Source: Halomicrobium mukohataei DSM 12286
GTDB taxonomy: Archaea; Halobacteriota; Halobacteria; Halobacteriales; Haloarculaceae
DNA: 32,000 bases
Reading direction: 5' to 3'
Assembly: GCF_000023965.1 (NCBI RefSeq)
Contig: NC_013202.1
Span: 2,940,001-2,972,000 of the forward strand
Part shown: positions 24,512 through 31,054 of the stretch, in pieces
How the letters are laid out: every line of letters begins with the position of its first letter
Numbering within the stretch: position 1 is the stretch's first letter
Notes under the pieces: model-generated
Told to the model about the DNA's origin: nothing
Databases searched by the model: none
What the model saw: the letters and a program-made list of their open reading frames with translations, nothing else
Translations under genes and position numbers: made by a program

Positions 24512-25237
24512 ATGTCGATCAGAAGAGCGGCGTCCGCCGACAAGCCCGCGATCCGCGACGTTGCCCGACGGTCGTTACAGGCGTCGTACTCGCTCGGACC
24601 GCACGCGATCACGAGTGCGATCGAGGAGTGGTACGGCGAGGAGCGACTCGACGAGACGCTGTCCGACGACGGTCGCGTGCTGCTTGTCGCCGTCGAAGAC
24701 GAGCAGGTCGTCGGATTCTCCGAAAGTACGCTGGCCGGCCCAGAGATCGGGACGCTCCTCTGGTTGCACGTCGACCCGGCCTACCGGGGTCACGGCATCG
24801 CCTCGGAGCTGTTCGAGGCGACGAGGACGGAACTCGAATCGCTCGGTGCCGAGCGAATCCACGGACGCGTGCTCTCGGACAACGCGGACGGTAACGCGTT
24901 CTACCGTTCGAAGGGCTTCGAGCCTGCCGGCGAGGAGTCCGTCGAGATCGACGGGCGAACCTACGTCGAGCGACGCTACGTCGAAACCAGCCCGAGCGGT
25001 CGCGAGCCAATCGAGACCGACGGTACCACCGTGTTCGTCGACCACGACGCGACCGAGAACGGCTCCGTCGACGCCTTTCACGTGGTGTACCGAGACCAGG
25101 CGGGCAGCGAGCTGTACGGGTACTACTGTGCGAACTGTAGCACGCTCGCGAACGCGATGGACGCGATGGGACGGATCGAGTGTGACAACTGCGGCAACGC
25201 CCGCAAGCCCACGCGCTGGGACGCCGCGTACCTCTAG
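24512..25237 (+). CDS. GNAT-family N-acetyltransferase fused to a C-terminal zinc-ribbon-like domain
   Basis: IRRAASADKPAIRDVARRS, LWLHVDPAYRGHGIASELFE (acetyl-CoA-binding Q/RxxGxG/A-like), NAFYRSKGFE, and C-terminal YYCANCS...IECDNCGN (CxxC...CxxC). Confidence 0.85.
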   Translation: MSIRRAASADKPAIRDVARRSLQASYSLGPHAITSAIEEWYGEERLDETLSDDGRVLLVAVEDEQVVGFSESTLAGPEIGTLLWLHVDPAYRGHGIASELFEATRTELESLGAERIHGRVLSDNADGNAFYRSKGFEPAGEESVEIDGRTYVERRYVETSPSGREPIETDGTTVFVDHDATENGSVDAFHVVYRDQAGSELYGYYCANCSTLANAMDAMGRIECDNCGNARKPTRWDAAYL

Positions 25238-25324
25238 GTGCGTCTCCTCGTACGGATGTTACAGCGGCAGAGAGACGCCGTCACGAAGAGAGCCGAGAGA
25301 ACGGGCATCGATGGGGCCATCGAC

Positions 25325-25504
25325 TCAGGGATCGGAGCCGCGGCCGTCCCGTGCTGGGCGTAACACGAGCGCGTAGTAGAGGACGAACACTGCGATCGCG
25401 ATGGCGACGCCCAGAATCGTGTCCATCAGGACCGTTTCGAGCGACGAGTGCAACGCGACGGCTGAAGCGATCGTACTCCCGAAAACGAAGCTTCGGACGA
25501 ACAT
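25325..25504 (-). CDS. Small two-helix membrane protein
   Basis: MFVRSFVFGSTIASAVALHSS...ILGVAIAIAVFVLYYALVL. ATG at 25504 verified. A strong TATA box is centred ~25 nt upstream. Confidence 0.5.
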   Translation of the reverse strand: MFVRSFVFGSTIASAVALHSSLETVLMDTILGVAIAIAVFVLYYALVLRPARDGRGSDP

Positions 25505-25524
25505 GGGCGTAGTTCGAACCACCG

Positions 25525-25533
25525 TTATATAAA
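25525..25533. promoter_or_regulatory. Palindromic TATA box (ccgTTATATAAAcgg) between divergent genes
   Basis: Best TATA match in the window. It is ~25 nt from the minus-strand ATG at 25504 and ~90 nt from the Rieske ATG at 25619, which has a GGAGAGG Shine-Dalgarno-like motif at 25607-25613. Confidence 0.5.
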
Positions 25534-25618
25534 CGGAGATCCCCGTTTTCAGTCGCTGGGAGAGGCCCGTACAGAATCGGGGCGTTGAAACGGACCTCCC
25601 TCCAACGGAGAGGCGAGC

Positions 25619-26035
25619 ATGGACGCCGACCGACGTATCGTCGATACCGAGGCCGTTCCCGACGACGGTACCGTGCTGTTCACTATCGTCGACGGGAGCG
25701 AACGGAGAGAGGGGATCTTACTGCGACTGTCCGACGGCATCGTCGCCTTCGAGAACTACTGTCCACACTGGCGAGACGTGCGTCTCGACAAGGGTTCGGG
25801 AGCGACGCTACGGGGAGCCGAACTCGTCTGTGAGAAACACGGCGCGACCTTCGAGACCGACACCGGATACTGCAACTTCGGTCCCTGTGAGGGCGCGACA
25901 CTCAGCGAGGTCGACGTGACCGTCGCGGACGGCGGCGTCTACCTCACCGAAGACGGCTGCGAGTTCGGCGGGCTGGGACCGGCCGACGACGGAGACCTGT
26001 CCTCGGGGAGCCGGATCGGCTTCTCGGGGAACTGA
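25619..26035 (+). CDS. Rieske [2Fe-2S] domain protein
   Basis: CPHW(x17-20)...CEKHGATF gives the CxH...CxxH Rieske ligand pattern. ATG verified. Confidence 0.85.
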   Translation: MDADRRIVDTEAVPDDGTVLFTIVDGSERREGILLRLSDGIVAFENYCPHWRDVRLDKGSGATLRGAELVCEKHGATFETDTGYCNFGPCEGATLSEVDVTVADGGVYLTEDGCEFGGLGPADDGDLSSGSRIGFSGN

Positions 26036-26054
26036 ACACGGCACGCCGAGCAGT

Positions 26055-26078
26055 CTGTCGGAGCCCCGGTCCCGACAG
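26055..26078. terminator. 7-bp perfect hairpin at a convergent junction
   Basis: ctgtcgg-agccccggtc-ccgacag, between the Rieske stop (26035) and the minus-strand stop (26081). Function unproven. Confidence 0.2.
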
Positions 26079-26080
26079 CG

Positions 26081-26371
26081 TCACTCGATGCGATAGGCGG
26101 GTTCGGAGATCGCCTCGCTCTTGCACTCGGGGCACCTGCTGGGTCGGTTGGTCAGATCGTCGAAGTCGTCGAACCCACACTCCTCACAGGCCGGCGGTGC
26201 GACGAGCAGCTGCTCGTCTGTCGACTCCAGCGAGCGAGCGATGTGTTCGACGTGATCGAGCGCGTCGCTGGTCCGTATTTCGAACTCTCGAGCGATCGCG
26301 CCCGCGGCGAGCGCCTCGGCCCGGAGTCGGTCGGCGATGCGCTGGCGCGTCGTCCGACTTGCCTCGCGCAT
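26081..26371 (-). CDS. Small transcriptional-regulator-like protein: HTH domain fused to a C-terminal zinc ribbon
   Basis: MREASRTTRQRIADRLRAEALAAGAIAREFEIRTSDALDHVEHIARSL, then CEECG...CPECKS. ATG at 26371 verified. The upstream part of the track ORF is non-coding-looking. Confidence 0.75.
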   Translation of the reverse strand: MREASRTTRQRIADRLRAEALAAGAIAREFEIRTSDALDHVEHIARSLESTDEQLLVAPPACEECGFDDFDDLTNRPSRCPECKSEAISEPAYRIE

Positions 26372-26394
26372 GGTATCCTTTGGCACACTATCGG

Positions 26395-26401
26395 TAAAAT
26401 A
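26395..26401 (-). promoter_or_regulatory. TATA-like box (minus-strand tatttta) for the HTH-Zn-ribbon gene
   Basis: Centred ~27 nt upstream of the ATG at 26371. Confidence 0.4.
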
Positions 26402-26576
26402 CTTTTTGTCTCCGGAATCGCCCGGCGACGACGGTTCCGATGCCGCAGTTGTACTGTGGCTGTTACGAGAGGCCGAGCTCCCGACGAGAGACAGGCAGCA
26501 GAGGCGAACGGCGAGCGGTGCCAGCAGACGACGCTGTCCTCCCGAGGCCCCCAGCAGAGCACCCTGGGACTCCCAG

Positions 26577-27212
26577 CTATCCGAAGTTCTCGATCTTGGC
26601 GTCCTCGGTCGTCCCGCCGGCATCCTCGACGGCGGCCGTCGCCGCGTCGATGAAGTCGGCGAACCCGTAGACGAACAGCTGGCCGCCGTCTTCGAGCGCC
26701 GCGGCGGTGGCGTCGGTCAGATCCTCGTCGATGTCCAGGAGTCGCACGAACGCACCGGCGTCGTCGAGAGCCGCCAGTCGCTCCTCGTGGACCGGCTCGT
26801 CGTCCCGGTAGACGATCGCCGCGTCGTTTCCTTCGGCCAGCGCGCGCTCGGCGATCCCGACGGCGGGGCCGACACCGGGACCCCCGGCCAGCACGACCGC
26901 TCGTGACTCGTCCTCGTAGTAGTCGCTGCCGAAGGGACCGGCCACGGTGACGGTGTCGCCGGCCGTCAGATCGCCAAGCAGCGGTCCGACCGTCCCGTCG
27001 GGATCGATTCCGACCGTGATCTCGAACGTCTCGGCCACCTCGGACGAGGAGATCGTGTAGAATCGCGGTTCGGTCTCGCCGTCGACTTCGAAGGTGAGTT
27101 TGACGAACTGTCCCGGTCGAGCCGAGAAGTCCGTCGGCGTCTCGATGTCGATCGCCACCGTGTCGGGGCCGACCTCTCGGACAGCCGCGACGCGACAGTC
27201 GGTGTCGTCCAT
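26577..27212 (-). CDS. Ferredoxin-NADP reductase-like FAD/NAD(P)-binding oxidoreductase
   Basis: RFYTISS (RxYS FAD motif), VTVAGPFG, and VVLAGGPGVGP (NAD(P)-binding). ATG at 27212 verified. Confidence 0.85.
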   Translation of the reverse strand: MDDTDCRVAAVREVGPDTVAIDIETPTDFSARPGQFVKLTFEVDGETEPRFYTISSSEVAETFEITVGIDPDGTVGPLLGDLTAGDTVTVAGPFGSDYYEDESRAVVLAGGPGVGPAVGIAERALAEGNDAAIVYRDDEPVHEERLAALDDAGAFVRLLDIDEDLTDATAAALEDGGQLFVYGFADFIDAATAAVEDAGGTTEDAKIENFG

Positions 27213-27390
27213 GGGATCGCTTGGTGGATCGGCGGCAAGCCGGTTTCGGTCCCGACGACACACCGTGTGACGAAAGTTGTGACTCGGAACCGGGTATATG
27301 TTCCCGCCGCCACGATCGCAGCATCACTTCACCCGATAGTCAACGGTTTACAGAAGGTTTTTCCTTTGGCGACGGGTACCCGAGGCTAGA

Positions 27391-29154
27391 ATGCCCGAAG
27401 ACCTCAACTGGGCCATCGGCGGCGAAGCCGGCGATGGAATCGACTCTACCGGGAAGATCTTCGCCCAGGCACTCTCACGGGCAGGTCGACACGTCTTCAC
27501 GTCCAAGGACTTCGCGTCGCGTATCCGCGGTGGGTACACGGCCTACAAGGTCCGGACAGCTGTCGACCGCGTCGAGAGTGTCGTCGACAGACTGGACGTA
27601 CTCATCGCACTGACAGAGCGCACCATCGACGAGAACATGAACGAGCTCCACGATGGCTCGGTCATCATCTACGACGGGGAGCGGACGACGATGCAGAACG
27701 TCGAGATCCCCGACGAGATGATCGGTCTCGAAGTGCCGCTCAAGCGACTCGCCGAAGAGGCCGGCGGCGCGATCATGGCCAACGTCGTCGCCCTCGGTGC
27801 AGCCTGTGAAGTGACCGGCTTCCCCATCGAGAACTTAGACGAGTCCCTGGAGAAGCGCTTCGGCGACAAAGGCGAGGCGATCGTCGAGAACAACAAGAAG
27901 GCGGCCCGCGCCGGCCAGGAGTTCGTCCAGGAGGAGTACGACCACGACTTTGGCTACTCGCTGGAGACGACCGACAACGATTACGTCCTGCTCAACGGTG
28001 ACGAGGCCATCGGCATGGGCGCGATCGCCGCTGGCTGTCGGTTCTACTCCGGCTACCCGATCACGCCCGCGACGGACGTGATGGAGTACATGACCGGCCG
28101 CGTCGACCAGTTCGGTGGCAAGGTCGTCCAGGCCGAGGACGAACTCGCCGCGATCAACATGGCGCTTGGCGCTGCCCGTGCCGGCGCACGAGCGATGACG
28201 GCCACGTCCGGCCCCGGGATCGACCTGATGACCGAGACCTTCGGGCTCGTCGCGACCACCGAGACGCCGCTGGTGATCTGTGACGTGATGCGCTCTGGCC
28301 CCTCCACGGGGATGCCGACCAAGCAGGAACAGGGCGACCTCAACATGGCGCTGTACGGCGGCCACGGCGAGATTCCGCGGTTCGTCGTCACGCCGACGAA
28401 CATCTCGGAGTGCTTCTGGAAGACCGTCGAAGCGTTCAACCTCGCCGAGAAGTACCAGACGCCGGTCTTCCTCGTGTCCGACCTCGCGCTGGCAGTGACC
28501 GAACAGACGTTCGCGCCCGAGACCTTCGACATGGACGAGGTCGAGATCGAGCGCGGCAAGGTCGTCGACGAGGACGATATCGACGGCTGGCAAAACGAGA
28601 AAGACCAGTTCCAGCCACACTTCCCCGCCGCCGACGGCGTCTCGCCCCGTACCTTCCCCGGGACGAGCGGCGGCGCACACATGACGACCGGCCTCGAACA
28701 CGACGCGCTCGGTCGCCGCACCGAAGACACCGAGGTCCGCGAGGAACAGGTCGAGAAGCGCGAACGCAAGGTCGAGACCGCCCGCGAACAGGAAGACTGG
28801 GACTACCGCGAGTTCGGCGATCCCGACGCCGACACGCTGGTCGTCTCGTGGGGCTCGAACGAGGGCGCGATGCGCGAAGGACTGGAGATGCTCGCCGAGG
28901 ACGGCCTCGACGTGCGCTTCGTCTCGGTGCCCTACATCTTCCCGCGGCCCGACCTCAGCGAGGAGATCGAGGCCGCAGAGCAGACGATCGTCGTCGAGTG
29001 TAACGCCACCGGGCAGTTCGCCGACGTGATCGAACACGACGTGCTCGAACGCGTCGACCGCGTCAACAAGTACGACGGCGTCCGCTTCAAGGCCGACGAA
29101 CTGGCCGAAGAGATCAAAGACGCGGTCGCCGAGGAGACAGAGGTGTCAGCATGA
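27391..29154 (+). CDS. korA: 2-oxoacid:ferredoxin oxidoreductase, alpha subunit (size suggests the 2-oxoglutarate enzyme)
   Basis: NWAIGGEAGDGIDSTGKIFA, YPITPATDVMEY, and TATSGPGIDLMTE, typical of the fused alpha/gamma subunit of two-subunit OFORs. The Kor versus Por assignment rests only on subunit lengths (587/287 aa) as I remember them for haloarchaea. Confidence 0.85.
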   Translation: MPEDLNWAIGGEAGDGIDSTGKIFAQALSRAGRHVFTSKDFASRIRGGYTAYKVRTAVDRVESVVDRLDVLIALTERTIDENMNELHDGSVIIYDGERTTMQNVEIPDEMIGLEVPLKRLAEEAGGAIMANVVALGAACEVTGFPIENLDESLEKRFGDKGEAIVENNKKAARAGQEFVQEEYDHDFGYSLETTDNDYVLLNGDEAIGMGAIAAGCRFYSGYPITPATDVMEYMTGRVDQFGGKVVQAEDELAAINMALGAARAGARAMTATSGPGIDLMTETFGLVATTETPLVICDVMRSGPSTGMPTKQEQGDLNMALYGGHGEIPRFVVTPTNISECFWKTVEAFNLAEKYQTPVFLVSDLALAVTEQTFAPETFDMDEVEIERGKVVDEDDIDGWQNEKDQFQPHFPAADGVSPRTFPGTSGGAHMTTGLEHDALGRRTEDTEVREEQVEKRERKVETAREQEDWDYREFGDPDADTLVVSWGSNEGAMREGLEMLAEDGLDVRFVSVPYIFPRPDLSEEIEAAEQTIVVECNATGQFADVIEHDVLERVDRVNKYDGVRFKADELAEEIKDAVAEETEVSA

Positions 29155-30014
29155 GCTCAGACATTCGCTTTACCGACTTCAAGTCCGACAAGCAACCGAC
29201 CTGGTGTCCCGGCTGCGGTGACTTCGGGACCATGAACGGCATGATGAAGGCCCTGGCCGAGACGGGCAACGACCCCGACAACACCTTCGTCGTGGCCGGG
29301 ATCGGCTGTTCGGGCAAGATCGGGACCTACATGCACAGCTACGCGCTCCACGGCGTCCACGGGCGCGCGCTCCCGGTCGGCATCGGCGTCAAGCTCGCCA
29401 ACCCCGACCTCGAAGTGATGGTCGCTGGCGGCGACGGCGACGGCTACTCCATCGGTGCCGGCCACTTCATCCACGCCGTCCGCCGGAACGTCGACATGAC
29501 CTACGTGGTCATGGACAACCGAATCTACGGGCTCACCAAGGGACAGGCCTCGCCGACTTCCCGGGAGGACTTCGAGACCTCGACCTCGCCGGACGGTCCG
29601 AACCAGCCGCCGGTCAACCCCAAGGCCCTCGCGCTGTCGGCCGGCGCGACGTTCATCGCTCAGTCCTTTTCCTCGAACTCCCAGCGCCACGCTCAGCTGG
29701 TCCAGGAGGCGATCGAACACGACGGCTTTGGCTTCGTCAACGTCTACTCCCCGTGCGTGACGTTCAACGACGTGGACACCTACGACTACTTCCGCGACTC
29801 CATCCAGGACCTAGAGGAGACCGACCACGACGAGACCGACGCCGATCAGGCCAAAGACAAGATCCTCGACGGCGACAAGGAGTACATGGGCGTCCTCTAC
29901 CGCGACGACGACTCCGTGCCCTTCGACGAGCGTGAAGGGTTCGACCAGAATATGGCCGAGATCCCGGACGGCGCACCCGACGGTGCGATGGATCTCGTCC
30001 GAGAGTTCTACTAG
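29151..30014 (+). CDS. korB: 2-oxoacid:ferredoxin oxidoreductase, beta (TPP-binding) subunit
   Basis: WCPGCGDFG, and TPP motif GGDGDGYSIG...VMDNRIYGLTKGQ. ATGA overlap with the alpha subunit (29151-29154). Confidence 0.88.
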   Translation: MSSDIRFTDFKSDKQPTWCPGCGDFGTMNGMMKALAETGNDPDNTFVVAGIGCSGKIGTYMHSYALHGVHGRALPVGIGVKLANPDLEVMVAGGDGDGYSIGAGHFIHAVRRNVDMTYVVMDNRIYGLTKGQASPTSREDFETSTSPDGPNQPPVNPKALALSAGATFIAQSFSSNSQRHAQLVQEAIEHDGFGFVNVYSPCVTFNDVDTYDYFRDSIQDLEETDHDETDADQAKDKILDGDKEYMGVLYRDDDSVPFDEREGFDQNMAEIPDGAPDGAMDLVREFY

Positions 30015-30015
30015 A

Positions 30016-30081
30016 CCACCTTTTTCCGCTTCGGGTTCGCGCGGAGCGCGAACCGCTCGCGCAAAAACGTGGGCGAAAAAG
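30016..30081. repeat. Palindromic T-run-flanked intergenic element, copy 2
   Basis: ccacctttttccgcttcgggttcgcgcggagcgcgaaccgctcgcgcaaaaacgtgggcgaaaaag. The central hairpin at 30034-30054 is a perfect 9 bp. It starts 1 nt after the korB stop. Confidence 0.8.
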
Positions 30082-30082
30082 A

Positions 30083-30256
30083 CCGCGAGTCGTGCCTGAC
30101 TCACGGCTTCGCCGTTCGTCTTTCGAGATTCCGAAGGAATCTCGCCACCGGCGCGCTCGCGGTGTTGTGCGTGAACACCGCGAACGCACTGCTCGTCAGA
30201 GCTTGCTCTGACGGTGAATCGCGCGAACGACCGGGTTCTTCGAGCCGTTCGTTCGC
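30083..30256. other. Array of five consecutive hairpins in a non-coding region
   Basis: Hand-verified stems: 30083-30106 (8 of 9 bp), 30124-30144 (9 bp, loop gaa), 30158-30182 (9 bp), 30194-30213 (8 bp, loop cttg), 30223-30256 (8 bp, 18-nt loop). There is no credible ORF on either strand. Confidence 0.6.
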
Positions 30257-30483
30257 ACGAGTGCTACAGTTCTCCAACCGGCTACGATGATCTCGATCAG
30301 TACGATCAACACGAGCAGTTACCGGCTGTTGATTCTTGTCGCCGTTTGCCCGGGCCACGGCGTCCGACTGAACGCTGTGAGAACCGGCTCTGGAGACGAG
30401 GGCCGGAGTCTCCCGGTGACGTACGGTCGGTCCGGTAACGATCGACAGTCCTCCGTCTGAAATCCACGAACGAAAGTTAACAC

Positions 30484-30489
30484 ATATAT
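30484..30489 (+). promoter_or_regulatory. TATA-like box (atatat) for the TFS-like gene
   Basis: Centred ~30 nt upstream of ATG 30516. Confidence 0.4.
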
Positions 30490-30515
30490 CCGACAACCGC
30501 GTGTTCCGACGGTGT

Positions 30516-30833
30516 ATGCGATTCTGTGACGAGTGTAGTTCGATGATGCACACGGAGGGCGACACGTGGGTGTGTCGCTCCTGTGAGAACGAGGAATCAC
30601 GGGACTCGCACGCCGAAGCGGCGATGACGACCCAGGACGGACAGCGGGACGACGGGGCACCCGCCGTCGCCGACGCGACCCAAGACGCCACCGAGACGAT
30701 GCACGAGTCCTGTCCGGCCGAAGGCTGTGACAGCGACCGGGCCGGCTACGAGATGCTGCCCAAGCCGGGCGGCTCCTACGAGGTTCGACTGTTCACCTGC
30801 GTCGAGTGTGGCCACAAGTGGCGCGAGTCCTGA
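30516..30833 (+). CDS. Transcription factor S / RNAP subunit M-family double zinc-ribbon protein (divergent paralogue)
   Basis: N-terminal ribbon MRFCDECSSMM...WVCRSC, and C-terminal ribbon CPAEGCDSDRAGYEML.......RLFTCVECGHKWRE (TFIIS-type). ATG at 30516 verified; the track start at 30501 is GTG. Confidence 0.8.
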   Translation: MRFCDECSSMMHTEGDTWVCRSCENEESRDSHAEAAMTTQDGQRDDGAPAVADATQDATETMHESCPAEGCDSDRAGYEMLPKPGGSYEVRLFTCVECGHKWRES

Positions 30834-30843
30834 CGGCGCAACG

Positions 30844-30899
30844 CCCGTCGAATCAGGGTTTGCCCGGCAGTACTTCGGGCTCTCCAGACCGATGGATAT
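30844..30899. repeat. 56-bp direct repeat, copy A (orphan duplicate of the 3' end of the 31008.. gene)
   Basis: Hand alignment with 30999-31054 gives 53 of 56 identical. On the minus strand it reads ..IHRSGEPEVLPGKP* but has no ORF upstream of it. Confidence 0.8.
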
Positions 30900-30907
30900 C
30901 CTGGCAA

Positions 30908-30975
30908 CCACCTTTTTCCCGCTCGGGTTCGCGCTTCGCGCGAACCGCTCTCGGCAAAAACGTGGGCGAAAGAAG
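30908..30975. repeat. Palindromic T-run-flanked intergenic element, copy 3
   Basis: ccacctttttcccgctcgggttcgcgcttcgcgcgaaccgctctcggcaaaaacgtgggcgaaagaag. The central hairpin at 30926-30946 is a perfect 9 bp. It sits between the two 56-bp direct repeats. Confidence 0.8.
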
Positions 30976-31002
30976 CGGGATTCGCACACAGCGCGAATCC
31001 CG
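30976..31002. other. Perfect 10-bp hairpin adjoining element copy 3
   Basis: cgggattcgc-acacagc-gcgaatcccg. The 3' arm overlaps the first bases of direct-repeat copy B. Confidence 0.5.
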
Positions 31003-31054
31003 TCGAATCAGGGTTTGCCCGGCAGTACTTCGGGTTCTCCAGACCGATAGATGT
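30999..31054. repeat. 56-bp direct repeat, copy B (functional 3' end of the minus-strand gene)
   Basis: Contains the stop (tca, 31008-31010) and the codons for ..EYIYRSGEPEVLPGKP*. Confidence 0.8.

Noticed and set aside
8363-30975. Whether the three similar elements could be CRISPR repeats.
   Set aside because: The copies are separated by about 21.6 kb and about 0.8 kb, not by regular spacers. They are 66-78 nt long with variable centres, and no cas genes are present.
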